Assembly: GCA_964304625.1 (NCBI GenBank)
Contig: OZ199840.1
Coordinates: 1,522,917-1,586,916 of the forward strand
Length of the DNA stretch: 64,000 nt
Source: Kudoa neothunni
Lineage: Eukaryota; Animalia; Cnidaria
Reading direction: 5' to 3'
Positions 39,152 through 53,628 of the stretch are shown piece after piece. The position numbers and the translations under genes are program-made. How positions within the stretch are numbered: position 1 is the stretch's first letter; the number at the start of each line of letters is the position of its first letter. The notes beneath the pieces were generated by a model. That model had not been told where the DNA came from and searched no databases. It worked only from the letters and a program-made list of their open reading frames with translations.

Positions 39152-40402
39152 ATATATTTTTATCGAGAATATTTTTTACAATCTATGAATATTAACAAAT
39201 TATTTGATTTAGGTAATTATAAATATTTGTTCATAAATTATGAAAAATAAAATAATTTTTATTAAGGTGAATGATTGACATAAATTTTTCACATTTTAAT
39301 TCTTGGAGTCATGGTGGATTCTTGCGTCTCGCATTTGAGAAGCCATTGGTTAGAATTAAATTCGTCGGAGAATTGTAACTTTTTTTAAATATCGTAATTT
39401 ACTTATACTTCTAATTTAGAAAATGAATAAATGGCGCGTTCCATGTCGCAAAAGATCTCTACCATGGCTTCATTTCTAAGACTTTTCGTAAGTTGGTTTG
39501 AAATGCTGATAGCTGCGACTAGAGGATGAGACGCCATATGTGTCTGTCAATGGTTAATCTATATGCACGAATAAATACGCTTTATCCCTAACGTGAAATT
39601 ATTTAATATATCATTGAAAAAAAATATGTAACAAAGTTTTGAAAATTATGAACAGACGGGCAGCCTTTTAAAAACCAATTTTATTTAAACACAAGTTTAT
39701 TAATATCGATCCAAAATAACAATTAGTAAATAATTTTAAATATGAATGTAAATAAAGCATCGAATTGAAAAAATATCGTTTACTGAATAACGATTCTGAT
39801 CTATATTTAATTCAATATATTCATGCATTTTCCCCATATTTTTTCCTTAAACTATATTCATTAGAAATGCATATTTCTTTGATCTTGAAATGATTTTAAA
39901 TTTTACGTTAACTTTGATCTGATAATCAATTAAAATAATGTGGTGAATAAATAGAAGTTATTATTAAATCTGTTCTACAACCTTTATACATAAAATATAC
40001 TCAATTTTAAATTTGTAAATGAAACTCTATAACATTAATCTATACAAATGAATTATCTAATATATATAACTCTTGAATATTAAATTAATCAGAAATGAAA
40101 TTCACCAACGTTTATGTGATAGAAGTTACTTCCAATTAATGCATGAATTATATGTCCTTTTACCATGGTAGGTTCATTATTTTGTCAACTCAATTAATAG
40201 ATTGATTCTTTTATTATGATTTTATTAAAAGAATACTCTAAAATAAGATGAGGTTACATTTTAAATTTCTTTTGAACTGCTCTTAATCATTTAATATTAA
40301 CACGAATAGCATTATTTTGATGATGAATAATAATGATCTATATACGATAGAAGAATGAACAAATACGATTTTCTCTAATCCCATACGTAAAATTTCAACG
40401 TA

Positions 40403-41797
40403 ATGAAACATTTAATAATAATTTTTATTTCTTTGACATTTTACAGAATCAATTCAGGTTTTTAAAAAACTTAATGGAATAATTAATTTCGTAATAGTGC
40501 CTTCGTTGAGTACGTATGATATGTCACAAGGAGAACGGCCTCACTGGGCAGATGGTGATCAAGATTTCTCCGTAAGGAGGTGGTATGTGGAAAAAACAAC
40601 TGCTACTTGTCGTACCTTCACTTACTTGGGTAACGGTGGTAATGAGAATAATTTTGCGACTCGAGAAGAATGCGAAGAACATTGTAAGCTCATTTATTAT
40701 GTGTAATTTGTGATGGAAAAAACAGTTAAATTCACCCCAGAAGAACAAATACATGCTTGTGCTAAAGGAATACCAACTGGAGGTTGTTCACTAGCAGAAG
40801 AGAAATTGTTAGACAGGTGGTACTTTAAACAAACAACTTCGGGTGGTCAAACAACTGGAACATGTGAAGCTTTCAAATATAACGGTTGTGGTGGTAATGC
40901 AAACAATTTTCTAACAAAGGAAGAGTGTTTAAAAGCCTGCCAAAGTAATTTTTTGTAATTAAGTAATCTTTTTATTTGAAATAGATGATAAAATAAATGG
41001 TGTTAGTGCAGTAGCTCCTATCGATACTCCACAAAGAGAAAGATACTCTGTTCCTAATGACTTTGACTGCCACGTAAGAGAGCAAGTGGACTCCGATGAT
41101 CCTGATGTGAAAATAGTTCTTCATCCCAATGGCCATCAATGTATTTATAGTGCGATAAAGAAAAATGCCAAACGAGGTTTCTTTACCACCTTTCAGGAAT
41201 GTGTCGGTTTTTGCATACGTAATTATCATTAATTAAGATATTTCTATATTGAATTTTAGCGCCAGAAAAACAAATAGAAGCTTGCAAGAGAGATGGTCCT
41301 GATCAAATGTTAGGAACTGGTAACGAGAAAACGCCGGACCCTGTCAAAGAGAGATACTACTATGACAAAAATGCACAAATGTGTATTCGTTTTCACAGTT
41401 TTGCAAACAGTAACGGAATTAGTGACTTTAACTTATCCGAGAATCGATTCCCTACTTTAGAAATGTGTTTGAGCTATTGTCCTGCAAGTATTTAATTGCA
41501 AAGAAATTTTCATTGGATTCTTATTAATATTTAGCAAAGCAACCTAGTCCAACTGAAGCTATTGATGTGTGTTCTTTGCCAAAAGCAGGAGATGGAACCT
41601 CAACCACATCCAAAAACGGAATACTCGATGTGACACGTTTTTTTTACAATTCCAAAAAAACTACACCGGCATGCGAAAAATTCCAATATGGAGGTCTGAA
41701 TGGGAACTATAACAATTTTGATAACATAGAAGATTGTAAAGCTATCTGTGAGACTCCTTTAGCTGCAGCAATAACAGAACCGGTCATAGAAGTATAA
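40403..41797 (+). CDS. Penta-Kunitz secreted protein, subfamily B copy 1 (394 aa, intact)
   Basis: Exons 40403-40457, 40498-40683, 40726-40944, 40985-41218, 41260-41487, 41535-41797 total 1185 nt and are open. Signal-like N-terminus MKHLIIIFISLTFYRINS. Kunitz motifs RW/YY..C..F.Y.G..GN.NNF....C. Confidence 0.93.
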
Positions 41798-42851
41798 TTC
41801 TCTATTCTGTTAGATTTTACAGAGTTTAATTAATTTTTATAGTGAATTTTCTATTTCACAAAATTTAAATTGGTTTATAAAGCCCATACAATTCTTTAGC
41901 TATGTGCCAAGGAAGACAACCGAAATTATAGAATATTTTGTTTAAATTAGTTATTTTTCAATTATTTATGCTATCTACATATGGAAAGTGTAAATGCCAA
42001 ATTTCTAGAAATAAGTAGATATATAGAAATAATAAAATAATATTTGGACTCAATACTAATAGCATTATTATTAACTAGGATTAATATATTAATTTGAGTG
42101 AGAAAAATCGTGATTTTTTTCTGAGGCATTATATGAGGTTTAGAACTGGTATCCAAATTTGGTGGTTCGAGACACCTAGAGTCAACGAATAATCTGTATG
42201 AATTAGCAAGCTTTTTACATAATGTATCGATTCTAAGTAATCAGAATCTCCCATGAAAATATATCATGTGCGACTTGTGCGCAATCGAAGCTGAAATATG
42301 TCTGATAAACTAATAATCATTCGACGAATTTTACAATTAATGTATATTTTCGTTCTACTATTTTGTATTTATTAGTATGTGAAATTAAAATGATAATTTT
42401 TTAATTTTTCATTCGTATATAAATTATTTAGTAATAATTTAAATTGTAAAACGTAAATAATTATGAAATTATTTCCTTTAATGGTAAAGATAAACTACTT
42501 ATTAAGTGTTTTAAAAAGGGTTGTATGATAAAAAAATTGTATTATTTCTTATTTTTAAGAAAACTACAAGGCAACTAAGAATTAAAATTTAATAAGAATC
42601 AGGATCAAGTTATTTATTTTTTTTCTGAATTGCTTTAAATTTTTATGCTACAAATTAAAATCAATTTTAACTAAAAATTAATATAGACTAAAAATTTATA
42701 TTACAAAATGGGTCAATTGTTGCTTTTTTCTCACTTAATTTTTTATATTTATGATTAAAATAAAAAATTACAAAATCGAAAATTTGGCGAAGGTACCAAT
42801 ATTCGCGTCTGATATTATTCACTAAAATGTATATATATATATATATATATA

Positions 42852-44886
42852 CAGTAGTGCAGGGATACTACACACTTTTTTGGGACGAAACACTTAGGTG
42901 CGTAGTACCCCTGTATTACGTAGTATCCATGTCCGCGCGCGCAAAATGAGAGAAAAATCTTAGTCGCGCGCCGCTGTATTTTGTATTTAACAACCATATT
43001 TGCCCGCCAATATTAATGTTAACTCGAATATATTTGGGAAAAATCAATAGTAAACACACGAAAAAATAAATATAAGGTGAATAAACTATAATAATTCGAA
43101 ATTATGCAGATTTTTTTGAAATAATCGGTTATTTTATCGCATTTTGGGAATCATGTCTTATGTTGAAAATAAAAAAGTCTAATTTGGTTATATTTTCTAA
43201 CATAGCTTAGCCATGAACGAAAAAAATTTCCTCAATTTGTTTAAATGTTCGTAACTTCATTTATGGAACAAATAGTGCTAGTTTATTCATAATTTGCATT
43301 AGGAGACGATTCATCCATTGTGTCGACTCCATTATTTATCTAGTTAACACATTCTTCTTCTGGGTCTCTAATTGAAATAATTTCTTCTTCATCAACGCAG
43401 TCTCTAAGTTGATTTCCTGGTAAATTCCTTTCAAAGCGAAGGGATGATGTCTGCTGAATCACAGTTATTAAAAAAGAATTATTTGTTAAAACGGTTTTTT
43501 ATTGTTTCGTCAGTCACTAATTGTCATGCTTCTTTAATCATATACATAGCTTCAAGTAAGTCTGGAGGATCATCACTTAAATTGTTATCAGAAACATCCG
43601 TGGAATTAGAAATGGCCTTATTTATAAAATAATTTGTCAGATGATTTTGGTAAATACGTTTAAAACTGTTAATAATTCCCTGATCCAATTGCTGCAATAC
43701 ATTGGTTGTTTTGGATGGGAAAAAAGAGTTGAACGTTTGAAAAATTTAGTGTTGGGTGGGCTGGACAATTACCAACAAATAATAAGATACTTCTCTTACA
43801 TCGAGAAAATTCACGATTCCACTCCGGTAGTTATTTTGAAAAAATCAAGCTGGTCATCCAAGCTTTCTTATTTACGTAATAGGGAAGTGGGAGGTCCTTA
43901 ATCTTCCGAAAGCAACGAGGTTTTTCAAAATTTCCAATTATTAATAACGGTCATTTTTCTCAAAACATCGAGAAAATGGCAAGAATAGTTACTCTCTTCT
44001 TCGATTTTTTAGAACCATGCAAGTTTCCCTCCTTTTTAAATACGTAACCACACACCAAATTTCATATTGTGATACAAATGTGAAGTATATTTTATTTTTT
44101 CTTTGCTGATAAAATAGCTCAGTCTCATTCTAATTAAAAATATCTTTTGGGTCACAATTGTCAATCAATTTTAACAGTTGATCTTTCCAAGAGGAAACTA
44201 TTTCAGGAGCGACACTCCTAGACTCTTCTGTGAATTTGTTCTTCTTCAGCCCAACTCTTGAAGCAAAGCCTTGAAACCAACCTCTATCAACTTTAGAAGT
44301 TGTTTTTTTAACTTCAAATGAATAGTCGTCGGCATTTTTAATTATATCATCCCTTGAGAACTCGATATTATTAGTTCTTATTAACTCAATCCACTCCTTA
44401 ACTTTGGAATCTAACGTGGAAAAATTCCTTTTTCCTAAGGTTTTTCTGCTGTGATCTGGGTCTCCAGAGTTTAAATTGTTCATAATACCACTCCTTTTTA
44501 ATAATATGCTATTCAAAGAAGATATCGATTTGAGATTAAATTTCCCAACGGTTTTAGTTTTAGTTTTTGAGCCATTGAATCCTTTTATTTCGTCGTAATA
44601 ATTTATTATTTTAATCTTCTCATCTAACGATCTATATTTACTCTGATTTCCTAATTGCGTACTAAAAATGTTGGATCTAAGTTGGGGGATTTTTAATGCG
44701 CAATATCCATGAAGTGCTCAGTAAGCATGCAGCCAAATTTTCTCTGGTTGTGAGCAATATTTTTAATACTAATTTTTCTTAATTAAACATTTTTAAGTTT
44801 ATTGTACTATAAATAACAATATTATGTGTTATTAATAGGAAACCATGCCATAATATCAAAAAGTGCGTAGTACCCCTGCGCTACTG
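42852..44886 (-). mobile_element. pogo/Tigger DNA transposon with decayed transposase
   Basis: TIRs CAGTAGTGCAGGGATACTACACACTT vs CAGTAGCGCAGGGGTACTACGCACTT, TA-flanked. ORF 44130-44516 is CENP-B HTH-like (GWFQGF..EESRSV..W..DPKDIFN). The empty site is visible in the paralogous spacer at about 61180. Confidence 0.9.
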
Positions 44887-46419
44887 TATATAGTTCAATC
44901 GCAATTATGATTTATGTATACCTTTAACTAATAAAGGGTCCCAGTTTGACCTGATTATTGTCCAAAAAAGATAAAAAAATTCAAAACATTTATTTTGTTA
45001 GTTCTATTAAAAATTTTCTTTCTTGTAAATGAGGACGGCTTTTTTCTTATTAATGAAATATTAATAAAAATATTTTACCACCTAAAAATAAAATTTCATT
45101 CTTTTGAAATCTCTTTTTTGAGACGGGGTGCAGAAATTTAAATGATTCAGGGAGCGCTGGCTTAGTATATCCCTTATGTATTGATGAGTGTGTTTTTAAT
45201 TTCACATTATGTTTGAAAGTTTATAGAAACAACTATACAAATTAGAATACTTTTCAATATTCATTTATTTTTATTATGAGGTTTATTTTATTTTAATTAA
45301 TATTTTGTGATGAGATTTTTATTATTTCGAATTAATTGTTTCAATTGCTTAATTGGAGATTATTTACTCAAAATTTTATATAAAGTTTTTCCATGAATCA
45401 CATTCTTTACAGTATATAAATATTTTTCTGAATGAAGATATAATGATTAATTTAGTATGAACAATTTATATTTAAGAAAATCATTGTTTAGAAATTTTAG
45501 GATTTATTTAATTAAATTATAAACATTCGTCAATAAATTACGAATAAATGTCAAAAGTAATTTTTGAGGCCGTCTAAATGCTAGAGATTAATTTTTGTAA
45601 TTTCTCGAGTGCAGAGCTAAAGTAGATTCTTGTGTCTCGCTATTGAGTAGCCATTTCTAGAATTAAATTTGTTAGAGGATCGCATCTTTTTTTGGTGGTT
45701 GTAATTTATGTCCTCTTATAATTTAGGAAATTAACAAATTATTCTTATTTTTTCGTAAAAGTTGTCAATTATGGAGTCTCTTTAAAAATTTACTTAGTGA
45801 GTTTGATGCATTGATAACTGCAACTAGAAAACAAGGGGCTACATAAGGTTACTACTGGTCAACCTAATGCACAGGAAAAAATTGGGTTTACCTCTCAGAG
45901 TGAAATTATTTAAAAATTACTGACAAAGCACTTCAAATTCTGGGAAATCTTATTTGAACCAATTTTTAAAACAATTTCTTTGATATTAAAATTGAATACA
46001 GCTTGATAAATAATCTTACATTTTGAGATAAATAATGTTCGGAATTAAAAAAAACCATCGTTTAACGAATTGTGATTTTGATTTAATCGAATACAATCAT
46101 GTGTTTTCCCAAAATTTTTTCTCTAAATTATCTTCATCCGTATTGCCCATAAGTTTATTGTTGTGTTTTAAAATAATTTTATACATAACGTAAAGTTTGA
46201 TCTGATATTTATTTTTATTTGGAATCATTACACCGCAATATAAGACATCCTTACTCCAGTTATTTATGAACCTTCTTAGTTATATCAAAAAAATCACAAA
46301 TAATGCAGCGAATAAATATAATGTTGTTATTGAATCTGTTCAACAGCTTTTATCCATAAAATTTATTCTACCTTAAATTTGTAAATGAAACTATAACGTT
46401 AATTTATTAAAAAAACTAA

Positions 46420-46422
<3 letters not shown>

Positions 46423-46461
<39 letters not shown>
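46423..46461. repeat. (TA)n microsatellite
   Basis: Direct observation; paralogous spacers carry only a short TA run here. Confidence 0.9.
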
Positions 46462-46462
<1 letters not shown>

Positions 46463-46792
46463 CTCTTTAATATTAAGTTTATTAGAAATGAACTTCACCA
46501 AGGATAAAACGGATAAGGTTATTCCTAAGTAATAATTTTATTTTATGTCCGTTTATCATGAAAAGTTACACATTTTATCAATTAAATAGGTAGATTAGTA
46601 TTAGTATTTTTATTTTGTTTATCAGTAATATGAGGTATGATATGTGTAATACTTTGATTTTTGAATTTAATTTAATTATTTTAATAGTAACACGAATAGT
46701 ATTATTTGGTTGATGAATAATAGTGATCTATATACGATAGACAAATAAACAAATACGATTTTCTCTAATCCCATACATAAAATTTCAACACA

Positions 46793-48185
46793 ATGAAACA
46801 TTTAATAATAATTTCTATTGCTTTGACACTTTACAGAATTAATTCAGGTTTTTAGCCTTTGAAAATCATAATTAATTTTTCAATAGTGCCTTCGTTGAGT
46901 ACGTATGATATGTCACAAGGAGAACGGCCTCACTGGGCGACTGGTGAACAAGATTTCTCCGTCAGGAGATGGTATGTGGATAAAACAACTGCTTCTTGTC
47001 GTACCTTCACTTACTTGGGTAACGGTGGTAATGAGAATAATTTTGCGACTCGAGAAGAATGCGAAGAACATTGTAAGCTCATTTATTATGTGTAATTTGT
47101 GATGGAAAAAACAGTTAAATTCACCCCGGAAGAACAAATACATGCTTGTGCTGAAAAAATGGACAAGGGAAAATGTTCATTAGCAGAAGATAAAATGTTA
47201 GACAGGTGGTACTTTAAAAAAACAACTTCGGATAGTAAAACAACTGGAACTTGTGAAGCTTTCAAATATAATGGCTGTGGTGGTAATGCAAACAATTTTC
47301 TCACAAAAGAAGATTGTTTAAAAGCATGTCAAAGTAATTTTGTGTATTTGGATGGTCTTTGATTAGAAATAGATAATATAATACCAAGTGTTAGTGCAGA
47401 AGCTCCCACTGATACTCCACAAAGCGAAATATACTCCGTTCCGAATGACTTTGACTGCCATGTAAGAGAGCAAGTGGACTCCGATAATCCCGATGTTAAA
47501 ATAGTTCTGCATCCCAATGGCCATCAATGTATTTATAGTGCGATAAAGAAAGATGCCAAACGAGGTTTCTTTACCACCTTTCAAGAATGTGCTGGTCATT
47601 GCATACGTAATTATCAATAATTAAGATATTTCTGTATTGAATTTTAGCGCCAGAAAAACAAATTGAAGCTTGCAAGAGAAATGGTCCTGATCAAATGTTA
47701 GGCACTGGTAATAGTGATTCACCAAACCCTGTCAAAGAGAGATACTACTATGACAAAAATGCACAAATGTGTATTCGTTTTCACAGCTTCGCAAATAAGG
47801 ACGGAAGTAGTGACTTTAACTTATCCGAGAATCGATTCCCCACTCTAGAAATGTGTTTGAGCTACTGTCCTGCAAGTATTTAATTGCAAAGAAATTTTCA
47901 TTGGATTCTTATTAATATTTAGCAAAGCAACCTAATCCAATTGAAGCTATTGAAGTGTGTTCATTGCCAAAAGCGGGAGATGGGACCTCAACCACTTCCA
48001 ACAACGGAATACTCGATGTGACACGTTATTTTTACAATTCCAAAAAAACTACACCTGTATGTGAAGAATTCAAATATGGAGGTCTGAATGGAAATTATAA
48101 CAATTTTGAAAGCCTTGATGATTGTCAAACCATCTGTGAGACTCCTTTAGCTGCAGCAATACACGAACTGGCCAAAGAAGCATAA
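46793..48185 (+). CDS. Penta-Kunitz secreted protein, subfamily B copy 2 (394 aa, intact)
   Basis: Exons 46793-46847, 46887-47072, 47115-47333, 47373-47606, 47648-47875, 47923-48185; same exon lengths as copy 1 and open frame. Confidence 0.93.
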
Positions 48186-51011
48186 TTCTCTATTCTATTT
48201 TATAAAGTTTAATTAATTTTTATAGTAAATTTTCTATCTCACAAAATTTGAATTGGTTTATAAATCCAATACAATTCTTTAGCTATGTGCCAAAGAAGAC
48301 AATCGAAATTATAGAATATTTTCTTTAAATTAGTTATTTTTCAATTATTTATGCTATTTACATATGGAAAGTGTAAATGCCAAATTTCTAGAAATAAGTA
48401 GATATATAGATATATAGAAATAATAAAATTATATATTTAATATTTAGAATGTTTCATAATATAATACTAAAAGATAGATAATAGAATAATATTTGGACTC
48501 AATACTAATAGAATTATTATTAACTAGGATTAATATATTAATTTGAGTGAGAAAAATCGTGAGTTTTTTCTGAGGCATTATATGAGATTTAGAACAGGGC
48601 TTCCAATTGGAGGATTGGAGACTCGCCTAGAGTCAACGAATAAACTGTATGGATTAGCAAGATTTTTACATAATGTATCGATTCTAAGTAATCAGAATCT
48701 CCCATGAAAATATATCATGTGCGACTTGTGCGCAATCGAAGCTGAAATAAGTCTGATAAACAAATAGTCTTTTGACGAATTTTACAATTAATGTATATTT
48801 TTGATCTACTATTTTGTATTTATTAGTATGTGAAATTAAAATAATAATTTTTTTATTTTTCATTCGTATATAATTTATGAAATTATTTCCTTTAATGGTA
48901 AAGATAAACTACTTATTAAATGTTTTAAAAAGGGCTGTATGATCATAAATTGTATTATTTATTATTTTTAAGTAAACTACAAGTTAATTAAGAATTAAAA
49001 TTTAATAAGAATCGAGATTGTTATTTATTTGTTTGTTAAATTGTTATACTACAAATTAAAATCAATTTAAACTAAAAATTTATATTACAGAATGGGCCAC
49101 TTGTTTTATAGCATTTAATTTTTATGATTAAAGCAAAAATATTGCATAATCGAAAATTTGGCGAAGACGTCATTATTCACATCGAATAATTTGCACAAAA
49201 ATAATAACATATCTAGCTCAGTTTCAAATTATAATTCATTCATCTCTTTGTCTAACAGAGTCCCATTTTGACATAATTATTGTCTAAATAAGACAAGGAA
49301 AAAATCCAAAACATTTATTTTATTCGCATTTTTTTCTAATGAAAGTAGACGACTTTTTTCTTTTTATTGTAACATTAATAAAAACATTTTCCCACCTAAA
49401 AATAAAAATTCATTCTTTTGAAATCTCTTTTTTGAGACGGGGTGCAGAAACTAAAATTAATTAGGGAGCTGACTTATTACATCCCATATGTATTGATGAG
49501 TGTGGTTTTAATTTCATATTATGTTTGAAATTTTGTAGAAACAGCTAACAAATGAGACAACTTTTCGCTGTTCAATATTTCAATTAAATGAATATTTTGT
49601 GATGAGATTTTTATTATTTCGAATTAATTGTTTCAATTGCTTAATTGGAGATTATTTACTCAAAATTTTATATAAAGTTTTGCATGAACCATATTCTTTA
49701 CAATATATTTATATTTATTTGAATGGAGAAACAATGATTAATTTAGTATGAAAAATTTCAATTTAAGAATATCATTATTTAGAAATTATAGGATTTATTT
49801 AATTAAATTATAAATATACGTCAATAAATTACGAATAAATTGAAAAAAATAATTATTAATGCCATTTAAATGCGCGAAATTCATTTTTGTAATTTCTCGA
49901 GTGCAGAGCTAAAGTAGATTCTTGTGTCTCGCTATTGAGCCGTCGTTCCTAGAATTAAATTTGTTAGAGGATCGCATCTTTATTTGGAGGTCGTAATTTA
50001 TATCTGCTTTTAATTTAAGAAATTATTATTTATTATCGTAAAAGTTGCTAATTATGGTGTCTTTTTAAAAATTTACTTAATAAGTTTGATAAATGCAACT
50101 AGAAAACAAGGGGCTACATAAGGTTACTACTGGTCAACCTAATGCGCGGGAAAAAATTGGGTTTATTTCCCAATTTTAAATTATTTAAAAATTTCTGACA
50201 AGAAATCTCTAACAATGCACTTCAAATTCAGGGAAATCTTATTTGAATCAATTTTTTAAATAATTTCTTCGATATTAAAATAGAATACAGCGTGATAAAT
50301 AATCTAACATTTTTTTTTGATAAATAAAATTCTGAATTTAATCAAAATCATCGTTAAACGAATTATAATTATGGTTATATTTAATAAATTACAGTCTTGT
50401 CTTTTTCTATATTTCGTTCATTGAATTATCTTTATTCGTAATTCCTGTTTTTTATTGAGTTTTAAAATAATTTTAGATATTACATAATTTTTGTCCGATA
50501 CTTAAATTATTTTTTGGATGTTATAAATCTCAATATAGACATCCTTACTCCAGTTATTTGTGAACCCTATTAGTTATTTAAAATAGTTCACAAATAACTC
50601 GGCACATAAACGTAATGTTATTAATAATCTTCTGTGGCCGTTATCCATACAATTTATTCTATCTTAAATTTGTAAACGAAACTGTAACGTTGATTCATCC
50701 AAAAGAACTAATTTGTTATAGCTCTTAGATATTAAATTTATTAGAAATAAAATTCGCCAAAGATAAATGACCAAAATTGTTTCTATGTACAGTCGAACCT
50801 CGATTATGCAGAAACTTTGGCACCGGTGATTTTCTTTCCGATTAGCGAAGTTCCGGTTATTGGAACATAAACAATGTAGCGCGCGCAACTTATTGGAAAC
50901 AATTGATTATTTTGATTGTTTATTTGATTTTTAAAAAAAATTTATACTATTTATTAACTAAAATATTTTAACTTTTGAAGTTTAAATTAAAAACGTTGAC
51001 ATGTCTATTAA

Positions 51012-53628
51012 CCCTTCAGAGACGATCTTCGGAGAGTCACATAGAGGTTGAACTGGGCTCCAGGAGCCCAGTCGGATTAGTTTAATCATTTTAGGGTTCA
51101 ACAATTAATCGGTTAACCATCTTCAGGCTTTATTAACACATCAAAGATAGACTTGCAAATTTCGGGATTCGGTATTTTTCATATTTTAAAATCTCGGGAT
51201 GGGAGACTTTTTTGGGGATTTTTTTTGATTTCTTTAAATTTGTTATATTATTTCGTTCTCACCTTATTTTGAGAAATAATTAACATTATTCGATTAACTT
51301 TATGCTCTGATTGGGTATGTTTATGAAGTCTCTTATTAATAATTAATAAATATTTTTCTCAAAAATAAATGTACATTTTCACTTGATGATCCTGATTTTT
51401 AATCCGTTCTGTATCCACGACCCACCATTCAACATACGTGAAAGAAGACATACAACTTCTTGCTTATTTGAAAGTCGGTGAACGAATCGAAATGCATTTG
51501 GAGCACTAGGGGATAGATCATTGTAATTGTCATTGTTATAGTATTTCATATTTTAAAATAAATATTTGGTTAAAAAATCGAACTATTATAAAGATTTTTT
51601 TTCTGGAAAATCCCGAAATTTGTAAATCTAATTAAAGAGATCTTATCGTTGAATGTCACATTTTACACACTGATTCAGACTAATACAATTTTAAATTGAA
51701 ATTAAATATTTTTAAAATTTGCTTAGATACATTCGTCGCAAATTGTAAAAAAAAAACAAGTTCAATTTCGGATAACATATCGAATAATAAAGTAAATATG
51801 ATTCTAATAGATTTTTTTAATTTCTTTTTTACTTGCATGTTATTTAAATGAAATTGGATAAACTTCAATTAGAATAAAATACCGAAAAATTACTATAAGG
51901 TTTTCTATTCTTATTCCAACATCATAATCAGTCTCTTATTTTAATTGTTTTTTGTTTATACCTAATTGTAATTCTATTAAAAACGTAAAATATTTTTAAA
52001 ATGTTTGTTTATATTTTATTATTAATACGCAATTTTACATTAATATAGTTATCAGTTAAAATGTATCAATAGGTGAACGGTCTAATAAATAGAAGCAGTT
52101 ACGTAACGATTGAATCAAATAGAAATCAATGGTAGATTCATTAAAATCTTCAGAAGTTTCATTCAACTCATCAGACACAATGCTTTCAGTGTTGGATGGA
52201 TAGAGAACACTGGAACTAATAAGATCTATTATTGTAAGTAGAAATCACATATAAGAAATCAATTGCACATAAAACCAGGAAATAAAGGATATAGAAATAA
52301 TCCACATTAGTTAAAAACTCAAATTAACCTTCTAATGAATTTTGGGGTAAATTTTTACCACAAAAGAATTTATTGGTTGTATACCTGATTTTTTTCTCAT
52401 CATTAGACAACATTTTTTTCTAATTTTTCAAAAATGTGAATAATATGATTTTAAAATATTATGACTAAAAATATAAAATCAGAAAAATTATACCAAGATT
52501 ACAGGATTACGCTCCAATGAATTTTGGGGGTAAAAAAATTAATCCAGTTTTTATTACATTAATTAATACACAAAATAATTGTTATTACTTAGGTAAAATT
52601 TTAAATTATCTGAAGATAGATTTGAAGTTATACGGTTATTACCTCTACCTGTGATCACATGACACCAGGTTTTTTTATTATATCATTGCGTAAATGGAAT
52701 TGGATTTCACCAATAATAATTAAAATGATGAATAAAATTCTTTTTAATTGATTATGAATACTTTACAAATTTTGTGTCATAAGAATCTGAAGAGATTGAA
52801 AACTTTGAGAATTGGGGTCAATAATGACGACTTATGGTGTTGTTTTTTCTATTTAATGGATTTATTAGTTATAAATGCACTTTTCATATACCAAAAAACT
52901 TGGGAGATAATATAGTTTGGGAGAAAGGTTTTGAAATAAGTTAAAGTTATCATATCTTTACATTAATGGAAAGGAACAGCCGTGAAGCCCAATGTCCTAA
53001 GAGCTAAACCTGATCTATTCTGCCATAACTCAGTACAACAAATAAATTGAACAATATTTCAAGGTTTGAATGTTCTTTACAGCGAATTGATAAGAAAACC
53101 CACTAGTGCTTGTTTCAGGTGTATGGAAACTGTTACAAAAATCATCCTGGATGTATGCGAACCTTATTCTCATTAAATGTTCTATTTTGTTGCGAAAATA
53201 ATAATTAAATATTTATTACATGATATAAATTTGAAATATACTCAATCATTAAACATTAATTAAAAAATTGTCATTGCGGATTTTAACGAATACAGTTTTC
53301 GTAAAATTATGCGGATTACTACTCCGTTGTGAGTTGTTTTACAGCTGAATCTAGCCGTGGGATTTTTCCCATTTTTATTTTCTGTAATCAAATAATTTTT
53401 TAATGATTTCGAATGAAGAAATATAAATCTAGGGTAACTATACCCCAAAATTCATCGGAATGCAGTCGATTTTTAATACATTAGAGGTTGAAATCAAGAG
53501 AAAAATTTTTTCATTAACAATATTAATCTTAGAAAATATAGTATAATGAATTTACATGAAATTCAAGATTAAAAACGCCAATTTAATGAGCGGGGTGACT
53601 CGTGGAGCCCATGATTATCTACCAAGGG
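51012..53628. mobile_element. Non-autonomous piggyBac-like element nested in 50790-54052
   Basis: Ends TTAA|CCCTT...AAGGG|TTAA, with a subterminal inverted motif TGGGCTCCA(G/C)GAG. Confidence 0.7.
51148..51630. mobile_element. hAT-like MITE nested in the piggyBac-like element
   Basis: 22-bp TIRs TAGA(C/T)TT(G/A)CAAATTTCGGGATT; 8-bp flanks ATCAAAGA / ATTAAAGA. Confidence 0.7.

Noticed and set aside
38834-39250. 138-aa ORF
   Set aside because: GTG start, AT-driven composition, and it crosses the right TIR and TSD of the MULE-like element.
40681-40706. Apparent sixth cysteine (EEHCKL..*) and short stand-alone Kunitz ORFs
   Set aside because: The TGT is split by the donor (T|GTAAG); the spliced product reads EEHFKF. 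Subfamily A has G|GT here and there is no C1 partner. The short ORFs are exons, not separate genes.
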